From assembly GCA_965228895.1 (NCBI GenBank), contig OZ245842.1, positions 4,576,001 through 4,640,000 of the forward strand: a stretch of DNA of 64,000 nucleotides. The letters are read 5' to 3'. Positions 8,353 through 17,861 of this stretch are shown piece by piece. Both the position numbers and the translations under genes were made by a program. How positions within the stretch are numbered: position 1 is the stretch's first letter; each line of letters begins with the position of its first letter. The notes under the pieces are model-generated. The model searched no databases and was not told the origin of the DNA. It was given only the letters and a program-made list of their open reading frames with translations. This DNA is from Alphaproteobacteria bacterium. GTDB lineage: Bacteria; Pseudomonadota; Alphaproteobacteria; SP197.

Positions 8353-8604
8353 TCAACCGGTTGACGCGTTCGCCCTGGCGTCCTCCTGCTTGGCGCGCAC
8401 GCCGGCATAGGTCGCGACGCCATAGGGCACGCAAAAGGTCAGGCACAGTTTGAACCAGTTGATGGGATCGCCGTCGATGATCGCGTCGCCCTGGTTGATG
8501 GCGACCAGCACGGTACCGATGACAAGCGCGACCTTCAGCGACCGCGCGACAATCTCGCGCGACCGGGCGATCGCGAAAAAGTCGGTTTGGCCGTCCGCCC
8601 TCAG
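8353..8604 (-). CDS. nrtS: NrtS-like small nitrate/nitrite transporter (83 aa, apparent CTG start)
   Basis: Manual translation: RADGQTDFFAIARSREIVARSLKVALVIGTVLVAINQGDAIIDGDPINWFKLCLTFCVPYGVATYAGVRAK; absent from ORF track. Confidence 0.75.
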   Translation of the reverse strand: MRADGQTDFFAIARSREIVARSLKVALVIGTVLVAINQGDAIIDGDPINWFKLCLTFCVPYGVATYAGVRAKQEDARANASTG

Positions 8605-9119
8605 TAAAGCGAATCCAACGGGATGGAATAGTTCACCGTCAACGTCTCCATGCCCGGATTGTTGTCGTAAATGCTGGCGTTGGAGATATGGGTGAACTCG
8701 ACACCCAGCCTCGACCGGTCGTCAAAACGCCAATCCAGCGCGACCGCGGAGCGGAACTCCAGCACACCGCCCAGATCCTTGCCGCTGCCGTCTTCATAGG
8801 CGCCGACGGCAAAACTGGGCCGGAACACCACCCGCTTGCCGAAGAAGAAATCGACATAAACGCCGCCATAGCCATAGACCGAGCCGTCGGTGTTCACAAA
8901 ACCACCGACCATGGGCGTCAAAATGAGGTCTTTGAAGTCCGACCGGTATTCGACGCCAAACATGGCTGCCGTATGATCGTCGAAGATGTCGGAAGCGCCA
9001 CCATAGAGCGCCAGAAAGGGCGGATCGTCCTCGGCATCGGCGGGCACAGTCCATACTGCCGCCATTGCAAGCGCACAAACGGCCGCTAAAAACCGCATAA
9101 CCCTGCCCCTTTTTGACAT
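8601..9119 (-). CDS. Acyloxyacyl hydrolase / lipid A 3-O-deacylase-like outer-membrane beta-barrel
   Basis: Signal peptide, GKDLGGVLEFRS, HISNA, NPG; SD GAAGGGGG before ATG 9119. Confidence 0.85.
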   Translation of the reverse strand: MSKRGRVMRFLAAVCALAMAAVWTVPADAEDDPPFLALYGGASDIFDDHTAAMFGVEYRSDFKDLILTPMVGGFVNTDGSVYGYGGVYVDFFFGKRVVFRPSFAVGAYEDGSGKDLGGVLEFRSAVALDWRFDDRSRLGVEFTHISNASIYDNNPGMETLTVNYSIPLDSLY

Positions 9120-9242
9120 TCCCCCTTCTAGTGCCCCGATCCGTCCGCGACCAGTTGATCCCGGGCGGAAAGGCCCTAGCGGCCGCATCCTACAGATTAG
9201 GGCGTAGGCGTCAAAGCCCCAAGGACGTATAGAATAGCGGTT

Positions 9243-10034
9243 ATGGAACAGGTGTTTGTGAGAAGCCTGATCGGGATTATTGCGCTTTTTGCCGTCTCGC
9301 AAGCGGCAGCGCAGGTCGATCCGCGTCTTCAGGAAGGCCAGACGGCGACCGTCGTCGAGGTCATTGACGGTGATACCGTGGTGTTGGATGACGGCAGCCA
9401 GGTTCGTCTGGTCACCATCCAAACGCCGAAACTGGCGCTGGGCCGCGAAAACTTCGTCGAACAGCCGCTGGCACACGAGGCCAAGGCGGCCTTGGAGGAG
9501 GTTGTCCTGGACCGGCAGGTCACCCTCGCTTTCGACCAGACGCAAAAGGACCGCCACGGCCGCTGGCTGGCCCACCTCTACCGCGACGATGGCCTGTGGC
9601 TTCAAGGTCACATGGTCGACATCGCCCTGGCGCGCGTCTACAGCTTCCCCGACAACCGCACCATGGCAAGCGAGTTGCTGGCGCGAGAAGCGGACGCCAG
9701 GGCGCTCGATGCCGGCATCTGGGCGTTATCGTTCTATGCGGTGCGCGAAGCCGGTGAACCCGACGCGGTGCCGGTCGACAGCTATGAGCTGATCGAAGGT
9801 CGCGTTGTCGACGCCGCCGAGGTTAACGGGCGGATCTTTCTTAACTTCGGAGACGATTGGAAAACCGACATGACGGCGACGGTGTCGCCCGAAGATGCGC
9901 GCCTGTTCGATGCCGAGGCGATTGACCTGCTGTCGCTCGATGGGCAAAGGATCAGGGTGCGCGGATGGGTGAACTGGCACAACGGACCGTCGATCAGTGT
10001 CAGCCATCCCGAACAGATCGAGGTTTTGGAATGA
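9243..10034 (+). CDS. Thermonuclease (SNase) family protein with C-terminal OB-like domain
   Basis: VIDGDT, VRLVTIQTPK, DRHGRWLAH, LARVY, AGIW; C-terminal FLNFGDDWKTD...IRVRGW. Confidence 0.85.
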   Translation: MEQVFVRSLIGIIALFAVSQAAAQVDPRLQEGQTATVVEVIDGDTVVLDDGSQVRLVTIQTPKLALGRENFVEQPLAHEAKAALEEVVLDRQVTLAFDQTQKDRHGRWLAHLYRDDGLWLQGHMVDIALARVYSFPDNRTMASELLAREADARALDAGIWALSFYAVREAGEPDAVPVDSYELIEGRVVDAAEVNGRIFLNFGDDWKTDMTATVSPEDARLFDAEAIDLLSLDGQRIRVRGWVNWHNGPSISVSHPEQIEVLE

Positions 10035-11497
10035 CATTGCTGAAACGCTGCCGCTTGGCGCTTGCTGCCGGCGCCCTGGCCGTCGCCACCGCACTTGCGG
10101 CCTGTACGACGAACCCGGCGACCGGCCAGCAGGAGTTCACCTTGATGTCGCCGTCCGACGAGGTACGGGTCGGCCAACAGGAACATCCCAAGATCCTGAA
10201 CGAGTTCGGCGTCTATCAGGAGATGCCGGAACTGAACGCCTATGTCGCGACACTCGGCGGGCGCCTGCACAGCGTCTCGGAGCTCTCCCAGCAATCCTTC
10301 ACGTTCACCCTGCTGGATAGCGACATGGTCAATGCCTTCGCACTGCCCGGGGGTTATGTCTATGTCACCCGCGGCCTGATGGCGCTGGCCAACAGCGAGG
10401 CGGAGCTGGCGGGTGTTGTCGGCCATGAAATCGGTCATGTCACGGCGCGGCACTCCGCCCAGCGTGTCACCCAGCAGACCCTCGCCGGGATCGGCGCGGT
10501 GGCGCTGGGTGCGGTGGTGGGCGACCCGCAATTGACCGAGATGGCGGGCCTGGGCGCGCTCGCCTGGGTCCAGGGCTATAGCCGCGCCCATGAGTTCGAG
10601 GCCGATCAACTGGGCATCCGCTACATGAGCCGTGCGGGCTACGACCCGATCGCCATGTCGACCTTCCTGAACAGCCTGGGCGAGAACAGCAACCTGTCGC
10701 GCCAGCTGATGTTCCAGGACGGCGAGGCGCAGATCGACTGGTTCTCGACCCATCCGCGCACGCCCGACCGGGTTGCGGCGGCCGCCCAATCGGCCGGCGG
10801 CGGAAACCCCAACTGGGTTCACGGCCGCAACGAATACCTCGGACGCATCGACGGCATGATCTTCGGCGACAGTCCCGAACAAGGGTTCATCCGCGGCCGC
10901 ACGTTCTCGCATCCGATCATGCGCATGACCTTCGTGGTGCCGGAAGGTTTCCGCATGCTGAACTCGCCTGATGCCGTTCTGGCACTCAACAAAGACGGCG
11001 CGTTCGTACGCTTCGACGGCGCCCAGGCGCAGCAGAACGTGCCGATGACGACCTATCTGACCCAGCAATGGGCGCGCGGGCGCGAGGTCAACGAACTCGA
11101 AAAAATCGACATGGACGGCATGGAGGCCGCGACCGGCTGGCTGCAGGTCCAGGGCAACAGCGGCCCGATCAACCTGCGCCTGGTCGCCCTGCGCTGGGAC
11201 GCCACCACCATCTACCGCTTCATGATCGTCAGCCCGGCGCAATACACCGCCGCCCTGGAAATGCCCATGCGCCGCATGCTGGGCAGCTTCCGGCAGTTGT
11301 CACAGGCCGAGGCCGCCGCGCTTCGACCGCTGCGCCTGCGCGTCGTCGAGGTGCGCAGCGGCGACACGATCGACAGTCTTGCCCGGCGCATGGCGTTCGA
11401 CGACTTCCGGCGCGAGCGCTTCATGGTCCTGAACGGCATCACCTCGAACAGCCAGCTTCAGCCCGGCATGCTGGTCAAGATCGTGACCGAGAGCTGA
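10031..11497 (+). CDS. M48 family metalloprotease lipoprotein with C-terminal LysM
   Basis: Lipobox LAAC, NAFALPGG, HEIGH, EFEAD, STHP, VRSGDTIDSLA; ATGA overlap with the nuclease. Confidence 0.92.
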   Translation: MTLLKRCRLALAAGALAVATALAACTTNPATGQQEFTLMSPSDEVRVGQQEHPKILNEFGVYQEMPELNAYVATLGGRLHSVSELSQQSFTFTLLDSDMVNAFALPGGYVYVTRGLMALANSEAELAGVVGHEIGHVTARHSAQRVTQQTLAGIGAVALGAVVGDPQLTEMAGLGALAWVQGYSRAHEFEADQLGIRYMSRAGYDPIAMSTFLNSLGENSNLSRQLMFQDGEAQIDWFSTHPRTPDRVAAAAQSAGGGNPNWVHGRNEYLGRIDGMIFGDSPEQGFIRGRTFSHPIMRMTFVVPEGFRMLNSPDAVLALNKDGAFVRFDGAQAQQNVPMTTYLTQQWARGREVNELEKIDMDGMEAATGWLQVQGNSGPINLRLVALRWDATTIYRFMIVSPAQYTAALEMPMRRMLGSFRQLSQAEAAALRPLRLRVVEVRSGDTIDSLARRMAFDDFRRERFMVLNGITSNSQLQPGMLVKIVTES

Positions 11498-11517
11498 CAC
11501 ACAAGATCCGACCTCGC

Positions 11518-11606
11518 GTCCCGGCCGGAGAGCCGGGACCCATGAACACGGTCGGTGCCAATTCAGGCGAGCCCGGTGTTCCTGGGTCCCGGATCAAGTC
11601 CGGGAC
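11518..11606. repeat. REP-like palindromic element between convergent genes
   Basis: GTCCCGGC-cggaga-GCCGGGAC and GTCCCGGA-tcaag-TCCGGGAC hairpins linked by a GGGACCCATGAACAC / GTGTTCCTGGGTCCC stem. Confidence 0.75.
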
Positions 11607-11639
11607 TTCACCGATGGATTGTTGGCGGAGCGCATGCCT

Positions 11640-12890
11640 CTAAGACGACGCGCGCTCCAGCATGGCGTGCAGCAGGACGTTGCAGCCGGCCTCCAGATCG
11701 TCCTTCGCCGCGTTCTCGATCTCATTGTGGCTGATACCGCCTTCGCAGGGCACGAAGATCATCGCGGTCGGCGCGACCCGGCTGACATAGACGGCGTCGT
11801 GACCGGCGCCCGAAACCATGTCCATGTGGTCATAGCCCAGCAGGCGCGCCGCGCCACGCACCGCATCGACACAGCCGGTGTCGAAGGCGACCGGCGGTGA
11901 CACCCAGATCTCGTCGATCTCGATCGTCACGCCGCGCTCGGCCGCGATAGCCTCGGCGGTCGCGCGCATGTCACGGTCAAGGCCTGCGAACGCTTCGGCG
12001 TCGGGGTGGCGGATGTCGACGGACATCAGGACTTCGCCGGCAATGGTGTTGCGCGTGTGCTCGGGGTTGCAGTGGTTGATCTTGACCGTGGTGCGGCCGT
12101 GGGGGCCGGCGGCGCGTGCGTTCGCATCGAGCTTGGTGATCAGCTCAGCGCTGGCGACGAGCGCATCCTTGCGCATGGTCATCGGCGTTGGACCCGCATG
12201 GGCTTCCATGCCGGTGACGGCGACATCGTACCAACGGATACCCTGGACGCCGGTGACGACGCCGACCGGCTTTTTCTCCGCCTCCAGGATCGGGCCCTGT
12301 TCTATGTGCGCCTCGAAGTGGTGGCCGAGCGCATGGCCACCGGGCTCCTCCGGCCCCAGATAGCCGATGCGTTCGAGCTCGCCGCCCATGGTCTTGCCGT
12401 CGGTGTCTTCCTGCGCGTGGGCATAGTCGAGCGCGAACTCGCCGGCAAAGACGCCGGAGCCAATCATGGCGGGCGCGAACCGGGCGCCTTCTTCGTTGGT
12501 CCAGCAGATCACCTCCATCGGCGCTTCGGTTTCGATGCCGGCATCGTTCAGCGTACGGACGACCTCGAGCCCCGCAAGCACGCCATAGACGCCGTCGAAC
12601 TTGCCGCCGGTCGGCTGGGTATCCAGGTGGCTGCCGGTCGAGACCGGCTTGGCATCGCCGTCGCGCCCCGGACGGCGGGCGAAGATGTTGCCCATCTTGT
12701 CGACCGTGCAGGTCATGCCGGCCTCCTCGCACCAGCGGACAAAAAGGTCGCGGCCCTCCTTATCGTCATCGGACAGCGCCAGTCGGCAATTGCCGCCCTT
12801 TTCCGTCGCGGCGATCTTCGCCATCTCCATGATGCTCGCCCAGAGCCGGTCGGCGTTGGCGGCGAGGCCTTCGTTGGTCTTGCTGTTCAC
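11640..12890 (-). CDS. Zn-dependent hydrolase (N-carbamoyl-amino acid/beta-ureidopropionase, M20 family)
   Basis: GSHLDTQPTGGKFDG, WTNEEGARF, EAHIEQGP, HAGPTPM, SGAGHDA, GISHNEIE; GTG 12890 with SD AAGGAG. Confidence 0.93.
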   Translation of the reverse strand: MNSKTNEGLAANADRLWASIMEMAKIAATEKGGNCRLALSDDDKEGRDLFVRWCEEAGMTCTVDKMGNIFARRPGRDGDAKPVSTGSHLDTQPTGGKFDGVYGVLAGLEVVRTLNDAGIETEAPMEVICWTNEEGARFAPAMIGSGVFAGEFALDYAHAQEDTDGKTMGGELERIGYLGPEEPGGHALGHHFEAHIEQGPILEAEKKPVGVVTGVQGIRWYDVAVTGMEAHAGPTPMTMRKDALVASAELITKLDANARAAGPHGRTTVKINHCNPEHTRNTIAGEVLMSVDIRHPDAEAFAGLDRDMRATAEAIAAERGVTIEIDEIWVSPPVAFDTGCVDAVRGAARLLGYDHMDMVSGAGHDAVYVSRVAPTAMIFVPCEGGISHNEIENAAKDDLEAGCNVLLHAMLERASS

Positions 12891-13777
12891 GGTGTCTCCT
12901 TGGTTGTCGATCCACGGCGGGTTCGGCTCATTGTGATGATCAGGATGCAGGCCACAACCACCAAGACCGCGCCCAGGGTGGTCCAGCCTGTCGGCAAGCG
13001 GTCGAATACCAACCAATCGAGCAGGGCGGAAAAGACGACGGCCGAATAACCGAGCGGTGCCACCACATAGGCCGGGGCAAAGTTGAAGGCGTACAGAAGG
13101 CAGGTCGTGGACGCCAGAAGTAGCACCCCGACGAGGGCCAGATGAAACCAGGTCTCGGGCGGCATGGGCCGCCACTGCAGCGCCGCAGGTACGGCCATCA
13201 AGACGACGCCGGTGGCGAAGATGTAACAGAGGGTCCTGAGGACCGGTTCGCCCGCCTGGTCGACGCGGCGCGACAGGATACTCTGAAAGGCAAAAAGGAT
13301 ACCGGCGGCGATCCCGAACAGATAGCCGATCTCGAACGTCGTGTAACCGGGATGCAGGACCAGTGCCATACCGATAAACCCAAGGACGATGCCGATCCAT
13401 AGGCGGTTCGGCATCGTCTCCTTCCAAAACAGCACCAGCAGAACCGGGATCCACAGTGGCGCGGCATCGCGCAAGAGAATGCCGTCGACAAGCGAGATGG
13501 TTTGCAGGGCGATGAACAGCGAGACGACCTGGACAATTCCCACCACCGACCGGACGACCAACAAGCCGGTGTTGGTTGATGCCAGGAACCGCCTGCCACG
13601 GGTAAGCGCGATCGGGACGATGACAGCGGCGGGAAAGGCAAAACTCAAGAACGAGATCACAAACTCGCCGGCGTTTTTCGACGCAAGCTGCACGAACAGG
13701 CCGGCGCCGGCGAAACAAGCGCCGGCAACGGTCACCAGCAGCGCACCGGCGACGATGTCGTCTCGAGGAGCCGTCAC
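12887..13777 (-). CDS. DMT/EamA family transporter
   Basis: About 10 TM helices; VVAPLGYSAVVFSALLDW; overlaps the hydrolase start. Confidence 0.88.
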   Translation of the reverse strand: MTAPRDDIVAGALLVTVAGACFAGAGLFVQLASKNAGEFVISFLSFAFPAAVIVPIALTRGRRFLASTNTGLLVVRSVVGIVQVVSLFIALQTISLVDGILLRDAAPLWIPVLLVLFWKETMPNRLWIGIVLGFIGMALVLHPGYTTFEIGYLFGIAAGILFAFQSILSRRVDQAGEPVLRTLCYIFATGVVLMAVPAALQWRPMPPETWFHLALVGVLLLASTTCLLYAFNFAPAYVVAPLGYSAVVFSALLDWLVFDRLPTGWTTLGAVLVVVACILIITMSRTRRGSTTKETP

Positions 13778-13877
13778 GGCGCGTGTCCTCCCAAACAGGA
13801 CCGCCGGCGTCGGCGCCAGCGGGTGCGCAGACTAGTGCGGAATTGCAGCCCAACAAACCGTCACAGACAGGCAAGGG

Positions 13878-15215
13878 ATGGTCGTCTATCGTCCGGCCAT
13901 GCCTGCTCCCGCCTCGGCCGACGCTGCCCGGCCGACCGTACCCAGTTTTTCCCGCGCCCTCCGCTTCTGGCTCAAGCTGGGGCTGATCAGCTTTGGCGGA
14001 CCGGCGGGGCAGATCGCCATCCTGCATGACGAGCTGGTCGAACGCCGGCGCTGGATCGCCGAAGGACCGTTCCTGCACGCGCTCAATTTCTGCATGCTGC
14101 TGCCCGGCCCCGAAGCCCAACAGCTCGTGACCTACATCGGCTGGCGGCTGCACGGGATTGCCGGGGCGCTTGCCGCAGGTGGTCTGTTCGTCCTGCCCGG
14201 CGCCGTCATCATGCTGGTGCTGGCCTGGGTCGCGGCGGCCCATGGCGACTGGCAACCGGTCGCGGCGGTGTTCTACGGCATCAAGCCGATCGTGATCGCC
14301 ATCATCGTGCACGCCGTCTGGCGCATCGGCCGGCGCGCGCTGACCGGGCCGGCCGCCGTCGTGCTCGCGGTCCTGGCTTTCGTCGGGATCTTTTTCCTGG
14401 GCGTGCCGTTCCCGGTCATCGTACTCGCCGCCGCGCTGATCGGTGTGGCCGCCAGCCGGATGACGCGCGATCCCTTCGCGCCGGAGATCCCGGTCTCGGA
14501 TGAACCAAATGCAAAATCGGAGACTGTGGCCCCCGGCGGCGCGTGGCGTGTCCTTCGCTTGATTGCCATATTCGCCGTGCTCTGGGCGGTGCCCGTCTTG
14601 GCGGTCGTGGCGGTCTGGGGCGCCGACCCCTTCACCGATGTCGCCACGCTCTTTACCAAGGCGGCGTTCGTCACCTTCGGTGGCGCCTATGCGGTGCTAC
14701 CCTATATCGCCGACGCCGCGGTCTACGACTACGCCTGGCTCGACCCCGGCGAAATGGCGAACGGTCTGGCGCTAGCGGAATCGACGCCGGGACCGCTTAT
14801 TCTGGTTACCCAGTATGTCGGTTTCTTTGCCGGCTGGACGGGCGTCACGGGATCACTGGCCTCGGCGGTCATCGCCGCAGCGCTGACAACCTATGTGACG
14901 TTCCTGCCCTGCTTTCTCTTCATCCTGGCCGGCGCGCCCTATATCGAGCGCCTGCACGGCAACCGTCTGGCGGCAAGCGCGCTGGGCGCGATCACCGCGG
15001 CGGTGGTTGGTGTCATCGCCAATCTCGGCGTTTTTCTGGGGTTGGTGGTGCTGTTCCCGGGCGGGACCATCGACTGGACATCGCTGGTCCTGACCGCGGT
15101 CGCGACGCTGGTGTTGTTCGTACGCCCCGTCGCCACCCACTGGATGGTCCTTGTCGGCGCGGCGGTGGGTCTGGCGGTTTGGTATGGCGGTTTGGCCGGG
15201 ATGGGCGGCGGTTAG
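13878..15215 (+). CDS. chrA: Chromate efflux transporter
   Basis: LKLGLISFGGPAGQIA, LNFCMLLPGPEAQQL, FVTFGGAYAVL, ESTPGPLI. Confidence 0.93.
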   Translation: MVVYRPAMPAPASADAARPTVPSFSRALRFWLKLGLISFGGPAGQIAILHDELVERRRWIAEGPFLHALNFCMLLPGPEAQQLVTYIGWRLHGIAGALAAGGLFVLPGAVIMLVLAWVAAAHGDWQPVAAVFYGIKPIVIAIIVHAVWRIGRRALTGPAAVVLAVLAFVGIFFLGVPFPVIVLAAALIGVAASRMTRDPFAPEIPVSDEPNAKSETVAPGGAWRVLRLIAIFAVLWAVPVLAVVAVWGADPFTDVATLFTKAAFVTFGGAYAVLPYIADAAVYDYAWLDPGEMANGLALAESTPGPLILVTQYVGFFAGWTGVTGSLASAVIAAALTTYVTFLPCFLFILAGAPYIERLHGNRLAASALGAITAAVVGVIANLGVFLGLVVLFPGGTIDWTSLVLTAVATLVLFVRPVATHWMVLVGAAVGLAVWYGGLAGMGGG

Positions 15216-16012
15216 GCCTCGAGCTGCTCGACCACGGTGGCGTCGCGGTCCAGGCAAACGGCGAACAACGGACCGCCACCGCCGCAACCGGCATCGAGGG
15301 TCATCGTGTGGTCGCCCAGCACGACGCCGCCGCCATCGGGATCGAAACCCCGCACGACCATGCGGAAGCCACCGAACGGCTCTTGGATCGCGGCAAAGCC
15401 GCCGGGGTTCCACCAGAAGGCGTCCCGTTGGGTCTCCAGCGGGCGCGTCGGATCGAGCCCGGCGTGAACGAAAAGGATCGAGCCGTCTTCGGTCACCGCC
15501 GCACGCCGCAGCTGCGTCATCAACGCGCCGTGGCCAGGAAAGCTGCGCTGGACATCACGCAGAGCGGTGGTCCAGCGAGTCAGCGCCGCGGCGCCGGCGC
15601 GCGCCGCCATCATGCCGGTGTCGGGATCGATGCCATAGGCGGCGATGGTCGCGGTGACGCCGCGCTGCATCATCCAGTTCAAAACTTCGTGCGGGCTCAG
15701 CGCCAGCTGCAGCTGCAGCAGCTTTTGCCACATCTCTTCCTGGGCGCCGCGCAGGAAGACGATGTCCTGGGGCATCATGCCGGGAACCGCCAGGACTTCG
15801 CGGCGGAACGTGATCAGTTCGTCCAGCGTTTCACGGATCGCCGGCCCGTAACCCAGATAGTTACCGAGATAGACCAGGCGGTCGCGCGGCTGGAAATGGC
15901 GGGCGATCTGGTGATGCAGACGGCCCAACCGCTCGGCCTCGCCATGAATGGCGGGCACGGCCCAGACCCGGTTCCAACCGGTCAGTGTTCCAAATTTTGT
16001 ACGGTCAAGCAT
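15212..16012 (-). CDS. Metallophosphoesterase-fold protein with degenerate metal motifs
   Basis: PAIHGE, YLGNYLGYG, LRGAQEE, FVHAG, VVRGF, LDAGCG align with PPP/ApaH motifs. Confidence 0.8.
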   Translation of the reverse strand: MLDRTKFGTLTGWNRVWAVPAIHGEAERLGRLHHQIARHFQPRDRLVYLGNYLGYGPAIRETLDELITFRREVLAVPGMMPQDIVFLRGAQEEMWQKLLQLQLALSPHEVLNWMMQRGVTATIAAYGIDPDTGMMAARAGAAALTRWTTALRDVQRSFPGHGALMTQLRRAAVTEDGSILFVHAGLDPTRPLETQRDAFWWNPGGFAAIQEPFGGFRMVVRGFDPDGGGVVLGDHTMTLDAGCGGGGPLFAVCLDRDATVVEQLEA

Positions 16013-16021
16013 GAAACGCCA

Positions 16022-16051
16022 TCGCCCCGCCGGCTACTGATGACGGGGCGA
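16022..16051 (-). terminator. GC-rich stem-loop after carD
   Basis: TCGCCCCG...CGGGGCGA; no U-tract, so possibly an mRNA stabiliser. Confidence 0.35.
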
Positions 16052-16067
16052 CAGCGTAACCGGGAGA

Positions 16068-16568
16068 TCAAGCGGCTTCGAGAACCTTTTCGATCTTCGT
16101 CGTCGCCTGATCGGGTTCGACTCCCTCGACCGCCGCAAGCTCGCGCGACAAACGGTCAAGCGCGGCTTCATAAAGCTGGCGTTCGCTATAGGACTGGTCG
16201 GCCTGGCCGACACGGGTGTGCAAATCGCGCACGACCTCGGCAATCGAGACGGGATCGCCGGAGTTGATCTTGGCTTCATACTCCTGGGCACGCCGGCTCC
16301 ACATGGTGCGGCGCACGCGGGCGCGGCCCTTCAGTGTCGTCAACGCGCTCTTCATCACGTCCTTGGTCGACAGCTTGCGCATGCCCGACGTCGCGATCTT
16401 GTGGACGGGAACGCGCAGGACCATCTTCTCCTGCTCGAAATTCACGACCACCATGTTGAGCTTGGCTTCACCGATGGTCTGCTCCTCGAGAGACTGAACG
16501 AGGCCGACTCCATGAGTCGGATAAACCACGTAATCACCAACGCTTAGTTTGATGTCCTGGGATGGCAT
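16068..16568 (-). CDS. carD: CarD/CdnL family transcription factor
   Basis: GDYVVYPTHGVG, WSRRAQEYEAKINSGD, QSYSERQLYE. Confidence 0.96.
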   Translation of the reverse strand: MPSQDIKLSVGDYVVYPTHGVGLVQSLEEQTIGEAKLNMVVVNFEQEKMVLRVPVHKIATSGMRKLSTKDVMKSALTTLKGRARVRRTMWSRRAQEYEAKINSGDPVSIAEVVRDLHTRVGQADQSYSERQLYEAALDRLSRELAAVEGVEPDQATTKIEKVLEAA

Positions 16569-16905
16569 ATGTTTCTCACCTGTTCACGCAATGGTTTTGT
16601 TATGCACCGGTCGCTTTTCGCGAACTCGTTGTCACGCGAACCTCCCGAGTCCGCGCCCGATCAACCGTTCGAACCGCGCGATGCCTGCCTGCAGACGCCA
16701 ACCGCGTCACACAGAGACGGGCCAGCCCTGAAGCTGACCCGTTTATCCGCGCTCCGATCGCTTAATCAGAGACTTAGAATAACACAAAATGTGGCTATTC
16801 GGAAGCTGGAGACGGCAAAACCCTATGATTTCCGTGGGTTAGCACCATTCTGGCGGTCCTGTCAGGCAATCCGCCAATGGCCGGCCTGAAACGACTCGAC
16901 GCCGC

Positions 16906-17235
16906 TCAACCACCCGGATTCGGGCTGAAATGCTCTTTTTTGTCCTTCACATCGCGCCAATCGTCGGAGTCGGGCAGTGGATCTTTCTGCCGGGTGATGT
17001 TCGGCCACTCCTCGGCATACTTGCGGTTCAGCTCCAGCCAGTCGGCCAGGCCGTCATCGGTATCCGGCTTGATGGCATCGATCGGACATTCCGGCTCGCA
17101 CACGCCACAGTCGATACATTCATCGGGGTGAATGACCAGCATGTTCTCGCCCTCGTAAAAGCAGTCGACGGGGCAGACCTCGACACAGTCGGTTAACTTG
17201 CACTTGATGCATGCTTCGACGACGACATAGGTCAT
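16906..17235 (-). CDS. fdxA: 7Fe ferredoxin
   Basis: [29 protein letters not shown]...[12 protein letters not shown]; SD GGAGG. Confidence 0.96.
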   Translation of the reverse strand: MTYVVVEACIKCKLTDCVEVCPVDCFYEGENMLVIHPDECIDCGVCEPECPIDAIKPDTDDGLADWLELNRKYAEEWPNITRQKDPLPDSDDWRDVKDKKEHFSPNPGG

Positions 17236-17308
17236 CGGCACCTCCACAATGAACACAAGGCCGGCGGCGACAATCGGCCAGCGCTATCTAGGCAATTAAC
17301 GGACGAGG

Positions 17309-17776
17309 TCAAGCGGGTTCCGCATCGAGCGCAGCCTGAGCACGCCGTTTGGCAATCGCGCGATCACGGTCCGTGACGTGCAGAAGAGCGGCGATGCGGC
17401 GGGCCAGCGAGTCCTCATAGGCATCGAGCGTGCCGTCGACCAGCAGGACCTGCCAAAGCATCTGCATCAGGCCAATACGCTCATCGGCGTCGAACTGGTT
17501 CTTGATCACTCTGGTGAAACGCTCGTAGTCCGCCGCATCTTCTGCGATCGGGCGCGCCTTCTCGACGAGATCGGCGGCGCGTTCGTCGGTCAGGTCAAAA
17601 CGGTCGGCGATCAAGGTCTGGACTTCGCTGATCTCCAGATCGTCGGCGAAACCATCGACAAGCGCGGCTTCGACCAGAATCACCGCGGCGGCGTGCCGCA
17701 GTTCCTCTTTGGGATCCGTCGGCTCGCCGGCGACCGCCTCGTCCAATCCAAAAAGTGCTCGTACGCGACCTATCAT
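17309..17776 (-). CDS. TerB family protein
   Basis: AAAVILVEAALVDG, LWQVLLVDG...E...RRIAALL. Confidence 0.85.
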   Translation of the reverse strand: MIGRVRALFGLDEAVAGEPTDPKEELRHAAAVILVEAALVDGFADDLEISEVQTLIADRFDLTDERAADLVEKARPIAEDAADYERFTRVIKNQFDADERIGLMQMLWQVLLVDGTLDAYEDSLARRIAALLHVTDRDRAIAKRRAQAALDAEPA

Positions 17777-17861
17777 GGGCGCGGGTTATGTCAGACGCAC
17801 CGCGCCCTTTCAACCACAGGCTTCTTAAGGGTTTCTGTAGTGTTACCGGTCTGATTGGCAT

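Noticed and set aside
9120-9611. N-terminal extension of the 336-aa ORF 8601..9611
   Set aside because: Antisense to the nuclease gene; SD and signal peptide point to ATG 9119.
12891-14312. 890-aa fusion ORF 11640..14312
   Set aside because: The extension overlaps the DMT and chrA genes and is low-complexity shadow sequence; the hydrolase starts at GTG 12890.
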